A stretch of DNA of 64,000 nt from Acutalibacteraceae bacterium (GTDB taxonomy: Bacteria; Bacillota; Clostridia; Oscillospirales; Acutalibacteraceae): NCBI GenBank assembly GCA_045537575.1, contig JAZSPU010000006.1, positions 10,814-74,813 of the forward strand, read 5' to 3'. The notes below the pieces were generated by a model that saw only the letters and a list, made by a program, of their open reading frames with translations, did not search any database and was not told the DNA's origin. Below, piece after piece: positions 1 to 10,069 of the stretch. Positions within the stretch are counted from its first letter, which is position 1. Each line of letters begins with the position of its first letter. The position numbers and the translations under genes are program-made.

Positions 1-749
1 CCTATCCAAAGTATAAGGACTGCAACAGCTTTAACATAATAAAAAAATTAAAAGAACAGGGCAAAATAAAGCATATCGGTATGTCATTTCACGATACCGC
101 CGACCTTCTTGATAGGGTACTTAGTGAGCAGCCCTCTATTGAATTTGTTCAGTTGCAGATTAATTACCTTGATTATGATGACCCCGCTGTGCAAAGCAAG
201 GCTTGTTATGACGTAGCGGTAAAGCACGGCAAAAAGGTAATTGTAATGGAACCTGTTAAGGGCGGCGCTCTTGCAAATCTTCCCGATAAAGCCGCCGAGG
301 TTTTCAAAAGTCTGGGAAGCGGCAGTTACGCTTCTTATGCCCTTCGCTATGCCGCCAGCTTTCCCGAAGTATTTATGGTGCTTTCGGGAATGGGAAATAT
401 GGAAATGATGAATGATAACATAAACACCTTTTCGCCCTTTATCCCTTTAAATGATGACGAATTAAAGGCGACAGACCGCGTTCGTGAAATTATCCGCGAG
501 GTAAGGCAAATCCCCTGCACAAAGTGTAATTACTGCGCCGAGGTTTGCCCTAAAAACATACCCATAAGTGATATTTTTTATTCCTATAATAAATTCCTTG
601 CCGCAAAAATAACCAGAGATAAATCAAAAGAAGAATTTCCTGCCGACAAACCCTCTGCCGCCGACTGTATTAAATGCTCAAAATGTGAAAGCGTATGTCC
701 GCAAAACATTTCCATCAGAGAACATTTAGAAAAGATTGCTAAGATGTAA
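1..749 (+). CDS. aldo/keto reductase with C-terminal 2x[4Fe-4S] ferredoxin-type domain (5' end cut by the window edge)
   Basis: The frame of ORF 81..749 stays open back to nt 3 (..EQGKIKHIGMSFH.., AKR-type motif). Two CxxCxxCxxxCP motifs are present (CTKCNYCAEVCP, CIKCSKCESVCP). Confidence 0.8.
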   Translation, partial: YPKYKDCNSFNIIKKLKEQGKIKHIGMSFHDTADLLDRVLSEQPSIEFVQLQINYLDYDDPAVQSKACYDVAVKHGKKVIVMEPVKGGALANLPDKAAEVFKSLGSGSYASYALRYAASFPEVFMVLSGMGNMEMMNDNINTFSPFIPLNDDELKATDRVREIIREVRQIPCTKCNYCAEVCPKNIPISDIFYSYNKFLAAKITRDKSKEEFPADKPSAADCIKCSKCESVCPQNISIREHLEKIAKM

Positions 750-788
750 AAAAAGTGACCAAGTTAGAAGCTTGGTCACTTTTGTTTT
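750..788. terminator. bidirectional intrinsic terminator between convergent genes
   Basis: Perfect 10-bp stem AGTGACCAAG(754-763)/CTTGGTCACT(771-780), A-run before and TTTGTTTT after. Confidence 0.8.
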
Positions 789-789
789 A

Positions 790-2112
790 TTAGCCAAAGA
801 AATGTTCAAAGGGGTTAAAGGGAATGGTTGTTGAATTATCCTCTTCCTGCTGCTGTGCTGCGGCAGATTGTTTTTGTTCCTCAACCGTTACGGTTATTTC
901 TAAGGTCTGTCCCTGTCTATAAACGGTAAGGTTAAGCTTATCTCCGCCCTTACAGGAGGAAACGATTTTCTTAAGGTCAAAAGAGTTTGCAATTGCCTGA
1001 CCGTTTATCTTTGTTATAATATCCTTTGCTTTAACGCCTGCTTTAGCGGCGGGGCCGTTTTCAGAAACAGCAGAAACTGCGGCGCCTGCGGGGAGTCCGT
1101 ATTCCTGATTCTTTTCACTTACGTCTTCCACCGACACACCGATATAAGCCTTGGAAATATAGCCCTTTTCCATAAGGCTGGTAATTAAATCCATAACGTT
1201 ATTCATCGGAATAGCAAAACCGATATTATCAATTGATGCGCCTGAACTACTGCTTGTAGAATATTTAGCATTGGTTATTCCTATAACCTCGCCATACATA
1301 TTAAATAGTGCGCCGCCCGAGTTACCGGAGTTTATTGCGCAGTCGGTCTGAATAAGATCCATTGAAATGCCGTTAGACATTGTTACTTCTCTGCTTAAAG
1401 CGCTTACGGAACCTGATGTAAGTGAGAAGGTAAGCTCACCAAGAGGATTTCCTATAGCAACCACGCTGTCGCCTACGTTCATTTTATCGGAATCGCCCAC
1501 AATAACGGTGGAAAGTCCCTTAGCATCTATTTTAAGAACAGCCAAATCGTTGCTTTCGTCATAGCCTACAATAGTAGCGTCATAGCTTTCACCGGAATAG
1601 GTTGCAACCTTTACGCTGGTAGCCTCACCTATTACGTGATAGTTGGTTACCACATAGCCGTCAGCAGAAAGAATAAAGCCAGAGCCTGATGCGGCAGAGG
1701 TGGTAGGATAGCCAAAGAAGTTTGTAGTCACCGAAGTAGATTTAATACCAACGGTAGCGTTTACGTTTGCGGCATATATTTGAGCGGCGGTAAGCACCTT
1801 GCCTGTTTCAATTTTATTTACTTTAACTTCAACTTCATTTCGCTGTCCTTCGTTAATTGTGGTAGAACCGCCCGAAAAGGCTTTAGTCACACCGCCGATA
1901 GCCATAGTGAGAGCAGAACCGAGAATAGCGCCCACAAGGGAACAGCAAATAGCAATTATAATGATTTTGCCTATACCCTTCTTTTCCTTTTTAGGTGGCT
2001 TTATATCCGGTTCAATGGGCTGTGTATATACAGGGGTAACGTAGGTAGCGGGAACCTCATTACTGTTTTCATAAGGATTATTACCTGTTTCAAATCTGTT
2101 ATCGTCGTACAT
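790..2112 (-). CDS. HtrA/DegP-family trypsin-like serine protease, membrane-anchored, C-terminal PDZ domain
   Basis: Triad contexts TNYHVI, DLAVLKI and GNSGGALFN. TM segment IIIIAICCSLVGAILG. AAGGAGAG RBS upstream of the ATG. Confidence 0.9.
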   Translation of the reverse strand: MYDDNRFETGNNPYENSNEVPATYVTPVYTQPIEPDIKPPKKEKKGIGKIIIIAICCSLVGAILGSALTMAIGGVTKAFSGGSTTINEGQRNEVEVKVNKIETGKVLTAAQIYAANVNATVGIKSTSVTTNFFGYPTTSAASGSGFILSADGYVVTNYHVIGEATSVKVATYSGESYDATIVGYDESNDLAVLKIDAKGLSTVIVGDSDKMNVGDSVVAIGNPLGELTFSLTSGSVSALSREVTMSNGISMDLIQTDCAINSGNSGGALFNMYGEVIGITNAKYSTSSSSGASIDNIGFAIPMNNVMDLITSLMEKGYISKAYIGVSVEDVSEKNQEYGLPAGAAVSAVSENGPAAKAGVKAKDIITKINGQAIANSFDLKKIVSSCKGGDKLNLTVYRQGQTLEITVTVEEQKQSAAAQQQEEDNSTTIPFNPFEHFFG

Positions 2113-2251
2113 AATATCTCTCCTTAAAGATGTTTACTCTATTTAAACTTATAGTTTTTTCTAAATTTTAACTTAATTGTGAACAAATTGCAAAATCTAT
2201 TTGACAACGGTGTTTTTCCACACTATACTGAAAACGTCTGGAGTTGCTTTT

Positions 2252-2899
2252 ATGAAAAAATTTTTCCTTTGCGCAGTTATACTTTTTTTATCGGTATTTT
2301 TTCTGATTATTTCCCTTTCCATAGCTATTCCCATTATAGCGCGTCCTATTTATTATAATCATTTGGAAAGCACCGATATGGAAAGGCTGGGACCTTATTC
2401 CAAAGAGCAGATAAAAGAAGCATATGACGATATACTCGATTATCTAACCTTTAGAAAAAAGGATTTTTCCTGCGGACAGCTTAAATTTTCAGAGTCGGGC
2501 GCAGATCATTTTAAAGACTGCCGAAAGCTTTTCGCCATTGACTTTGCAGTGCTTTTTGTTTCAAGTGTTATTACCACTATATTACTACTTTTAAGGAAAA
2601 GATGCAACCTTTATTTAAAGCGTCTTCCCGCGCCATTTTATTCGGGAGTTTTGGGAATTTTGTTAATTGCTTTAGTAGGGTTACTTTCTATAGACGGCTT
2701 TAGCTTTGCTTTCATAATTTTTCACAAAATCTTTTTTATGGGCAAAACAAATTGGTATTTTGATGCCGCTAACGATGAAATCATAAACTATATGCCCGAA
2801 AGCTTCTTTTTAAAGTGCGCTGTTGTTATAGGCATTTCTATATTTATTTTATCCCTATTGGTAATTTTAATAAGTCTTAAAAAAAGAAAGGAAAAGTAA
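2252..2899 (+). CDS. TIGR01906/DUF1461-like integral membrane protein
   Basis: Four hydrophobic segments, and a central soluble loop (..YSKEQIKEAYDDILDYL..HFKDCRKLF..) that resembles this family from memory. ATG at 2252 preferred over the upstream TTG at 2201 of the ORF track. Confidence 0.5.
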   Translation: MKKFFLCAVILFLSVFFLIISLSIAIPIIARPIYYNHLESTDMERLGPYSKEQIKEAYDDILDYLTFRKKDFSCGQLKFSESGADHFKDCRKLFAIDFAVLFVSSVITTILLLLRKRCNLYLKRLPAPFYSGVLGILLIALVGLLSIDGFSFAFIIFHKIFFMGKTNWYFDAANDEIINYMPESFFLKCAVVIGISIFILSLLVILISLKKRKEK

Positions 2900-2900
2900 A

Positions 2901-3677
2901 ATGGATTGGAAAAAATATTTTGATATTGAAAACGAACAGCCCCTTGACCGTTTCGTTAACGGCATCAGCAATACTGCAGTTTTCAGAAAGATTGCCTTTG
3001 TCGGCGACAGTCTTTCTTCGGGCGAATTTGAAAGTAAAGACAAAGACGGAAATTCCGATTGGCACGATTATTACGAATATTCCTGGGGACAGTACATAGC
3101 AAGAAAGAACGGGCTTGTTGCCTACAATTTTTCAAAGGGCGGAATGCGTGCCGACACCTATATAAACACGTTTGCTGACCAGCAGGATTTTTGGAACAAG
3201 GACCTTGCCTGTCAGGCTTACGTAATGGCTCTCGGCGTAAACGATATATTAAACGCAAAGCAGGAAATAGGAAGCGTTGATGACATTAAGGAAAATTGGC
3301 AGGATAACGGCAAAACTTTTGCAGGATATTTTGCTGCTATTGTAATGCGCTACAAAGAAATTCAGCCCCGAGCAAAATTCTTCTTTGTAACAATGCCCCA
3401 AAGCATAGGCGAAGAACGTAATGCCCTTGCAAAAAAACACGCTCAGCTTATGTATGATTTAGCCGATTATTTTGATAATTCATATGTTATTGACCTTAAT
3501 AAATATGCGCCTGTTTATGATGAAGAATTTAAACGCCGTTATTTCCTTTACGGACATATGAACGCAAGCGGTTATATTTTCACCGCAAATATGATTGATG
3601 CGTATATCGACTATATCGTGCGCCACAACCCCGAAGACTTTAGAAGAGTCGGCTTTATCGGAACCGACCTTGAATAA
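2901..3677 (+). CDS. SGNH/GDSL-family hydrolase
   Basis: Block I FVGDSLSSGE, block III GVNDI, late histidine block GHMNASG. No signal peptide. Confidence 0.8.
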   Translation: MDWKKYFDIENEQPLDRFVNGISNTAVFRKIAFVGDSLSSGEFESKDKDGNSDWHDYYEYSWGQYIARKNGLVAYNFSKGGMRADTYINTFADQQDFWNKDLACQAYVMALGVNDILNAKQEIGSVDDIKENWQDNGKTFAGYFAAIVMRYKEIQPRAKFFFVTMPQSIGEERNALAKKHAQLMYDLADYFDNSYVIDLNKYAPVYDEEFKRRYFLYGHMNASGYIFTANMIDAYIDYIVRHNPEDFRRVGFIGTDLE

Positions 3678-3681
3678 AAGA

Positions 3682-3716
3682 AAAGTATGCAGTTTTAAAA
3701 CTGCATACTTTTTTTA
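3682..3716. terminator. bidirectional intrinsic terminator
   Basis: Stem AGTATGCAGTT/AACTGCATACT with a TTAA loop, followed by TTTTTT. It lies between convergent genes. Confidence 0.8.
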
Positions 3717-4676
3717 TTCTACAACCTTTGTGGGAATGCCGTTACTATCAAAAAACTTTGCTACTTCCAAAAGGTAGTTTTTTTGGTCAACGGGAAAGCT
3801 CAGTCCGTGTCCTGCGCCTGCCACAGTAACAAGCTTTTTGGGAGCGTTACACACGGCATAGTTTTCCTTGCTCATATCAACGGGAACGAAATCGTCGCTT
3901 TCTCCGTGGAAAAAGATAACGGGAACCTTTATTTTTTTAACAGATTCAATAGCGGAATTTTCTTCTATATTAAAGCCGCCGTACAGTCTTGCGCCAAGCT
4001 TTACAAAGGGATAACTTAAATTAGGCGGCAATTTCATATCCCGTATTACCTTTTTTATAATTTCTCTTGCTGAGGTAAAACCGCAGTCTGCAAGTACCCC
4101 TACCACGTTCTCGGGGAGCTTTTCTCCTGCCGCCATCAGCACCGTGGAAGCCCCCATTGAAATTCCCGTAAGGATTATTTTAACGTCACTGCCGAAATGA
4201 TTTATCATAAAATCTATCCAGTCAAGACAGTCACGTTTTTCCTTTATACCGAAGGAAAGTATTTTGCCTTCGCTGTGTCCGCAACCGCGCTGGTCAACAA
4301 GCAATGCATTTCTGCCAAGGGCAAAACAACGCTGAACGCCGCCGCAAAGGTCTCTTTCCGCCCTGCCCCTATAGCCGTGAAGCATAAGCTCAATAGGTGC
4401 GCCCTTTTTATATTCATAGTATTTTCCTCTAAGCTTTAGTCCGTCAAAGGAGGTTATCTCAACACGTTCGGTCTCGGTGCCTAATACCTCGTCAGCCCAT
4501 TTTTGCATAACGTCTTTATACGCCTTATATATTTCTCCGTCGGGCAGTGAAAATTCATCGCTTACTTCCTTTTCGCGTTTGCTGAAAAATGCAATACGAA
4601 AACAAATAAAGGATATAACCAGCACTAAAATAACAAAAAAGAAGATAACGCCGAGGGCTATATACAAATACTTCAT
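3714..4676 (-). CDS. alpha/beta-fold hydrolase with N-terminal membrane anchor
   Basis: N-terminal TM segment, HGYRG oxyanion region, nucleophile elbow GISMGAS, C-terminal GAGHG. AAGGAG RBS. Confidence 0.8.
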   Translation of the reverse strand: MKYLYIALGVIFFFVILVLVISFICFRIAFFSKREKEVSDEFSLPDGEIYKAYKDVMQKWADEVLGTETERVEITSFDGLKLRGKYYEYKKGAPIELMLHGYRGRAERDLCGGVQRCFALGRNALLVDQRGCGHSEGKILSFGIKEKRDCLDWIDFMINHFGSDVKIILTGISMGASTVLMAAGEKLPENVVGVLADCGFTSAREIIKKVIRDMKLPPNLSYPFVKLGARLYGGFNIEENSAIESVKKIKVPVIFFHGESDDFVPVDMSKENYAVCNAPKKLVTVAGAGHGLSFPVDQKNYLLEVAKFFDSNGIPTKVVE

Positions 4677-4761
4677 TCATTTTAACTCCTTTTACTTACT
4701 TTTTGCTTACTAAAATTATTATACCACCTACTAAGTATATTTCAATCACAAAAATTAAATA

Positions 4762-4790
4762 TTGATTTATACCACTTTATTTGGTATAAT
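4762..4790 (+). promoter_or_regulatory. sigma-A-type promoter for the OPT transporter gene
   Basis: TTGATT (4762-4767), 17-nt spacer, TATAAT (4785-4790). Confidence 0.6.
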
Positions 4791-4852
4791 CATATCTGTG
4801 CGACTTCATCAAATTGAAGTTTTACCAAAAAACTCAAAAAAGGGAGAAAATT

Positions 4853-6775
4853 ATGGATAACAAAAACAGTTTTAAGCCGTATATCCCTGCAGAAAGAGTA
4901 ACCCCCGAAATAACCGTTACAGCAGTTATTATGGGTATTCTTCTCTCGGTAGTATTCGGCGCAGCCAATGCCTACTTAGGACTTAGAGTAGGTATGACCG
5001 TTTCGGCATCTATTCCCGCAGCGGTTATCGCAATGGGCGTAATCAGAGTGATTATGCGCAAAAACTCAATTCTTGAAAGCAATATGGTACAGACTATAGG
5101 TTCTGCCGGCGAATCACTTGCGGCAGGCGCTATTTTTACAATGCCCGCCCTTTATCTTTGGGCTAAAGAAGGCGTTATGGAAAAGCCCAGCCTTGTAACC
5201 ATTACCATTATCGCTCTTATCGGCGGTCTTCTCGGCGTATTCTTTATGATACCCTTAAGAAATGCCCTGATTGTCAGAGAGCACAACACATTGCCCTATC
5301 CCGAAGGACAGGCTTGTGCAGAGGTTATGCTTGCAGGTGAAGAAGGCGGTTCAAACGCTTCTACAGTATTTGCAGGTATGGGCTTTGCCGCACTCTTTAA
5401 GTTCATTATTGACGGACTTAAGGTTATCCCCGGCGAAATCACTTTAAACATAAAGAAGCTTTATCCCTCTGCAATAGGTACTCAGATTTATCCTGCAGTT
5501 ATGAGTGTTGGTTATATCTGCGGTCCCCGTATTTCTTCGTTTATGTTTGCAGGCGGTGTTTTAAGCTGGATGGTGCTTATTCCCATTATCGTACTTTTCG
5601 GCGCAAACATCGTTATGTATCCCAGCGCAGGTGCTACCATCGGTGAGATTTTCGCTGCTGACGGCGCCGCTGGTATCTGGTCCTCTTACATTCGTTACAT
5701 TGGCGCAGGCGCGCTTGCTGCAGGCGGTATTATAAGCCTTATTAAGTCTCTGCCCCTTATTGTACGCACCTTCAGAGATGCTATAAAGGCTATGTCCGTT
5801 AAGGGCGAAGCTTCTACTCTTCGTACAAGCAAAGATATGAATATGGCTCTTGTTATCGGAATCATTGTTGCTCTTACCCTTATAGTATGGCTTGTTCCTG
5901 CAGTTCCCGTATCTCCTCTCGGAGCAGTTATCGTTGTTGTATTCGGTTTCTTCTTCGCTACCGTTTCTTCCCGTATGGTTGGTATCGTAGGAAGCAGTAA
6001 CAACCCTGTTTCCGGTATGGCAATCGCAACCCTTCTTATTTCTACACTTATTCTTAAGTTTACAGGCACTACCGGTGCCCCCGGTATGAAAGCCGCTATT
6101 GCTATCGGCTCTATCATTTGTATTGTTGCCGCTATTGCAGGTGACACCAGCCAAGACCTTAAGACAGGCTATCTCCTCGGCGCAACTCCTTGGAAGCAGC
6201 AGGTTGGCGAAGTTATCGGTGTTGTTGCCGCTGCATTTGCTATCGGCGCTACCCTTAATCTTCTTGACTCTGCATGGGGCTTTGGCGGTGAAGAAATTGC
6301 CGCTCCTCAGGCAACCCTTATGAAGATGGTTATTGAAGGAATTATGGGCGGTAAGCTTCCTTGGGGACTTATCCTTATCGGTGTATTTATTGCAATTATT
6401 GTTGAAATACTCCGTTTGCCCGTTCTCCCTGTTGCTATCGGTATTTATCTCCCCGTACAGCTTAACGCTTGTATTATGGTAGGCGGTATCATCCGCTTCT
6501 TTATGGATAAGATAAAGAACGAAAAACGCAGAGAAGTAGCTGTAAACAAGGGCATCCTCTTCAGCTCCGGTATGATTGCGGGCGAAGGCCTTGTAGGTAT
6601 CATTCTTGCTATTCTTGCAGTTGTAGGTGTTTCGGGCAAAATTGATTTCTCCCGTTTCGTAAGCGGTCTTTCTCCTCTTGCTTCGGGACTTTCGGGAATC
6701 GCCCTCTTTGCTGTAATCATTGCTGTATTCCTTATTTTCTGCTTCGCAGGCAAAAAGGCTGACAAAAACGACTAA
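4853..6775 (+). CDS. OPT-family oligopeptide transporter
   Basis: About 640 aa and highly polytopic. The N-terminus (FKPYIPAE..TPE.T..A...G...S..FGAANAYLGL.VGMTVSASIPAAV) matches bacterial OPT proteins from memory. AGGGAG RBS before ATG 4853. Confidence 0.8.
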   Translation: MDNKNSFKPYIPAERVTPEITVTAVIMGILLSVVFGAANAYLGLRVGMTVSASIPAAVIAMGVIRVIMRKNSILESNMVQTIGSAGESLAAGAIFTMPALYLWAKEGVMEKPSLVTITIIALIGGLLGVFFMIPLRNALIVREHNTLPYPEGQACAEVMLAGEEGGSNASTVFAGMGFAALFKFIIDGLKVIPGEITLNIKKLYPSAIGTQIYPAVMSVGYICGPRISSFMFAGGVLSWMVLIPIIVLFGANIVMYPSAGATIGEIFAADGAAGIWSSYIRYIGAGALAAGGIISLIKSLPLIVRTFRDAIKAMSVKGEASTLRTSKDMNMALVIGIIVALTLIVWLVPAVPVSPLGAVIVVVFGFFFATVSSRMVGIVGSSNNPVSGMAIATLLISTLILKFTGTTGAPGMKAAIAIGSIICIVAAIAGDTSQDLKTGYLLGATPWKQQVGEVIGVVAAAFAIGATLNLLDSAWGFGGEEIAAPQATLMKMVIEGIMGGKLPWGLILIGVFIAIIVEILRLPVLPVAIGIYLPVQLNACIMVGGIIRFFMDKIKNEKRREVAVNKGILFSSGMIAGEGLVGIILAILAVVGVSGKIDFSRFVSGLSPLASGLSGIALFAVIIAVFLIFCFAGKKADKND

Positions 6776-7128
6776 TGGCAAAAAGAAAAAACGTAATAAG
6801 CAAAAACTATCTTGAAAAGGTGCCGCTTAGAAGCCATCTTATTGACTGGAAAGAAAAGGACGGCATTATTACCCTCGAGATAGAAAATAAAGGTTGGGCA
6901 AACCGCCTTGCTCAAAGGTTTTTCGGCAAACCAAAAACAAGCTTTATTCACCTTGATGAAATGGGAAGCTTTCTTTGGCCCCATTTAAACGGCGAAAAAA
7001 ATATAATTGAACTTGGTGTTCTTGTTAAAGAGCATTTCGGCGAAAAAGCCGAGCCCCTTTATGAAAGACTTGCCCGATACTTTCAGATACTTGAAAGCTA
7101 TCACTTTATAACCTTTATAGAAAAATAA
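6775..7128 (+). CDS. PqqD-family (RRE-like) small protein
   Basis: 117 aa. The core ..IHLDEMGSFLWPHLNGEKNIIELGVLVKEHFGEKAEPLYERLARYFQILESYHFI.. is typical of PqqD-like proteins. The start ATG overlaps the OPT stop (TAATG). Confidence 0.6.
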   Translation: MAKRKNVISKNYLEKVPLRSHLIDWKEKDGIITLEIENKGWANRLAQRFFGKPKTSFIHLDEMGSFLWPHLNGEKNIIELGVLVKEHFGEKAEPLYERLARYFQILESYHFITFIEK

Positions 7129-7133
7129 ATTTC

Positions 7134-7163
7134 AAAACCCCGACTATACTAGTCGGGGTTTAA
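7134..7163 (+). terminator. intrinsic terminator after the PqqD-like gene
   Basis: Stem CCCCGACTA/TAGTCGGGG with a TAC loop, followed by TTTAAAATTT. Confidence 0.7.
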
Positions 7164-7240
7164 AATTTATATGGAAATTTTTCCGGTAATGTAGTATAAT
7201 ACTCCTATATATTATCTATTACTCTTTTCGGAGGCATAAA

Positions 7241-8599
7241 ATGAAAATCATTGTTGTTGGTTGCGGAAAAATCGGCACTAATATTATTGGTGAGCTTGTT
7301 AAAGAAAACCACGATGTTGTGGCTATTGATAAAAGCCCTGCACTTATACAAGAAATCACCACTATACATGACGTTATGGGTGTAGTGGGCAACGGTACCG
7401 ACTGTGAAACCCTTGAAGAAGCCGGTGTTAATGAAGCCGAGCTTCTTATCTCGGTTACCGACTCAGACGAAATGAATATGCTCTCCTGTTTTCTTGCCGG
7501 AAAAATGGGGGCTTCCCATACCATAGCCCGAATAAGAAACCCCGAATACAACGATAAAAGTTTAGGCTTTATGAAGGAACAGCTTAATCTTTCTATGGCT
7601 ATAAACCCCGAGCTTAATGCCGCAAGGGAGCTTTACCGTCTCTTAAAGCTTCCTGCCGCCGCAAAAATCGAAACCTTTTCAGGAAGAAACTTCGAAATGG
7701 TTGAAATAAAGTTAAAAAACGAGTCTGTTCTTGACGGACTTTCTCTTATAGAATTTCGCAAAAAATATCATATGAATCTTCTTATCTGCGTTGTTAAGCG
7801 CGATGATGAGGTATATATCCCCGACGGTAATTTCGTACTTAAAAGCGGCGACAGAATCTGCGTTACAGCACGTCCTGCCGAAATAATGAATTTCTTTAAA
7901 ATCTTAGGCACTCCCCGTAAAAAGAGCAAAAACGTTATGATACTGGGCGCCAGTAAAACCGCCTTTTATCTTGCAAAAATGCTTCTTGATGGCGGCAGTA
8001 ACGTAAAAATCATTGACCTTAATCCTGATAAATGCGCTCAGTTCAGCGAAGCCCTCCCCGGCGCAGTTATAATAAACGGCGACGGCGCAAGACAGGAGCT
8101 TTTGCTTGAAGAGGGTATTCAAAACACCGATGCCTTCATCAGCCTTACGGGTATGGATGAAGAAAACATACTTATTTCCTACTATGCCGCTTCCCAGAAC
8201 GTTCCTCATGTAATTACAAAGGCTAACCGCGAGGAATTTGTTACTATGGCAGAAAAGCTGGGACTCGACTGTATTGTTACTCCAAAAAAGCTTATTTCCG
8301 ACATTTTGGTTAGATATGCAAGAGGTCTTCACAACTCCTTAGGCAGTAAAATTGAAACACTATATAAAATTATGGACGGCAGAGCAGAGCTTCTTGAATT
8401 TATAGTACAAAGTGACTGCGCACTTAACGGCATTGCTATTAAAAATCTTAAAATCAAGGAATCTACCCGTATTGCAGGTATTATCCGCGGCAGAAAAATC
8501 ATTATCCCTACCGGTGACGACTGTATGCTCAGCGGAGATAAGGTTATTATACTTACGGCTATAAAAGGTCTTGGCGACCTTAACGATATAGCGGAATAA
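7241..8599 (+). CDS. trkA: Trk system K+ uptake protein TrkA (double RCK)
   Basis: Two Rossmann motifs (MKIIVVGCGKIG and NVMILGASKTAF), each followed by an RCK_C-like region. GGAGG RBS. Confidence 0.9.
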   Translation: MKIIVVGCGKIGTNIIGELVKENHDVVAIDKSPALIQEITTIHDVMGVVGNGTDCETLEEAGVNEAELLISVTDSDEMNMLSCFLAGKMGASHTIARIRNPEYNDKSLGFMKEQLNLSMAINPELNAARELYRLLKLPAAAKIETFSGRNFEMVEIKLKNESVLDGLSLIEFRKKYHMNLLICVVKRDDEVYIPDGNFVLKSGDRICVTARPAEIMNFFKILGTPRKKSKNVMILGASKTAFYLAKMLLDGGSNVKIIDLNPDKCAQFSEALPGAVIINGDGARQELLLEEGIQNTDAFISLTGMDEENILISYYAASQNVPHVITKANREEFVTMAEKLGLDCIVTPKKLISDILVRYARGLHNSLGSKIETLYKIMDGRAELLEFIVQSDCALNGIAIKNLKIKESTRIAGIIRGRKIIIPTGDDCMLSGDKVIILTAIKGLGDLNDIAE

Positions 8600-8609
8600 G
8601 AGGCGGAAT

Positions 8610-10058
8610 ATGAATAAATCAATGGTTTTTAAAATAACCGGAATTATTTTACAAATTGAGTCTCTTTTACTTCTTCTTCCGGCTGTTGTTTCTTTAATCT
8701 ACAAAGAGTCTGTCGTTTGGTCATTTCTTTTGGCGGCAGGTTTATCTGCTCTTTGCGGAACACTTTTAAGAATTGTTTTTAAGCCCAAAAGCACACTTAT
8801 CTATGCAAGAGAAGGTCTTGTAATTGTTGCTCTTTGTTGGGTTTTTATGTCCCTTTTCGGCTGTCTGCCCTTTATTATAAGCCGTGATATTCCAAATTTC
8901 TTTAATGCTTTTTTTGAAACGGTAAGCGGCTTTACCACTACTGGCGCTTCTATTTTAAGCGGCGCGCAGTTAGAGGCTATGCATAGGGGCACTCTTTTTT
9001 GGAGAAGCTTTACCCACTGGATAGGCGGTATGGGTGTGCTTGTATTTATTACGGCTGTTATTCCCAATATGTCTGACCGTTCAATTCATATTATAAAAGC
9101 CGAAATGCCCGGTCCTATTGTAGGAAAACTGGTACCTAAGTTAAAAGATACCTCTCGGGTGCTTTATCTTATTTACATTTTACTTACCTTTACCCAGATT
9201 GTATTCTTGCTTTGCGGAGGACTTGACCTATTTGAAAGCAGTGTCCTCTCTTTCGGCACAGCGGGAACGGGCGGCTTTGCAATAAAAAGCACCAGCATTG
9301 CCGATTATTCCCCCTATATTCAATGGGTAATTACCGTATTTATGCTTATTTTCGGTATAAACTTCAACCTTTACTATCTCTTTTTAATAAGAAAATTCAA
9401 AAATGCTTTAAAAAGCGAAGAACTGTGGGTATATCTTTCTATTTTTGTTGTTTGCACAGGTATTATAACCTACAACGTACTCGGTTCCTTTAACGGCTTT
9501 TCCGAGGCGCTTCGCCATTCGGCATTTCAGGTTTCATCTATAATGACCACAACAGGATTTTCCACTGCCGATTTCAACCTTTGGCCTGCTCTATGCAAGA
9601 CCTTGCTTATTATAATTATGATGATAGGCGCTTGTGCAGGTTCAACTGCAGGCGGTTTCAAGGTATCACGTATTATCATACTTGCAAAAACCATAAAAAA
9701 AGAATGTCAGCGTCTTATTCATCCCCGTTCCATACGAACAATTAAGTTTGAAGGAAAGGCTCTTGACACCGTAACCCGTCACGGTGTTGCGGCATATCTT
9801 GCCGTTTACGTACTTGTACTGCTTTCGGTATTTTTGCTTATATCGATAGATAATATGTCAATGGAAACAAATTTCAGCGCCACAGTTGCCTGTTTCAATA
9901 ATATAGGTCCCGGTTTTGACGGCGTTGGTCCTATGTCCTGTTATGCCGACTACAGTGCATTTTCAAAAATAGTTTTGTCCTTTGCAATGCTTATGGGCAG
10001 ACTTGAAATTTATCCGTTACTCCTTGCTTTTTCTGTAGGCACGTGGAGTAGAAAATAG
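8610..10058 (+). CDS. trkH: TrkH-family K+ transporter membrane subunit
   Basis: 482-aa polytopic protein with repeated selectivity-filter-like TTTG/GTGG segments (SGFTTTGAS, GTAGTGGF, MTTTGFS, STAGGFK). It immediately follows trkA. Confidence 0.9.
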   Translation: MNKSMVFKITGIILQIESLLLLLPAVVSLIYKESVVWSFLLAAGLSALCGTLLRIVFKPKSTLIYAREGLVIVALCWVFMSLFGCLPFIISRDIPNFFNAFFETVSGFTTTGASILSGAQLEAMHRGTLFWRSFTHWIGGMGVLVFITAVIPNMSDRSIHIIKAEMPGPIVGKLVPKLKDTSRVLYLIYILLTFTQIVFLLCGGLDLFESSVLSFGTAGTGGFAIKSTSIADYSPYIQWVITVFMLIFGINFNLYYLFLIRKFKNALKSEELWVYLSIFVVCTGIITYNVLGSFNGFSEALRHSAFQVSSIMTTTGFSTADFNLWPALCKTLLIIIMMIGACAGSTAGGFKVSRIIILAKTIKKECQRLIHPRSIRTIKFEGKALDTVTRHGVAAYLAVYVLVLLSVFLLISIDNMSMETNFSATVACFNNIGPGFDGVGPMSCYADYSAFSKIVLSFAMLMGRLEIYPLLLAFSVGTWSRK

Positions 10059-10069
10059 GAGTGAAAATT

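Noticed and set aside
5561-6781. 406-aa ORF antisense to the OPT transporter gene.
   Set aside because: The composition is low-complexity and Ser/Asn/Cys/Lys-rich, there is no RBS, and it is fully nested opposite a strongly supported polytopic transporter. It is an antisense-frame artefact.
7129-7240. Searched for a c-di-AMP (ydaO/kimA-type) riboswitch upstream of trkA, and also upstream of the ktrB-like gene (12936-13003).
   Set aside because: The leaders are only about 110 and 68 nt and are largely occupied by terminator and promoter elements. No conserved riboswitch cores were seen.
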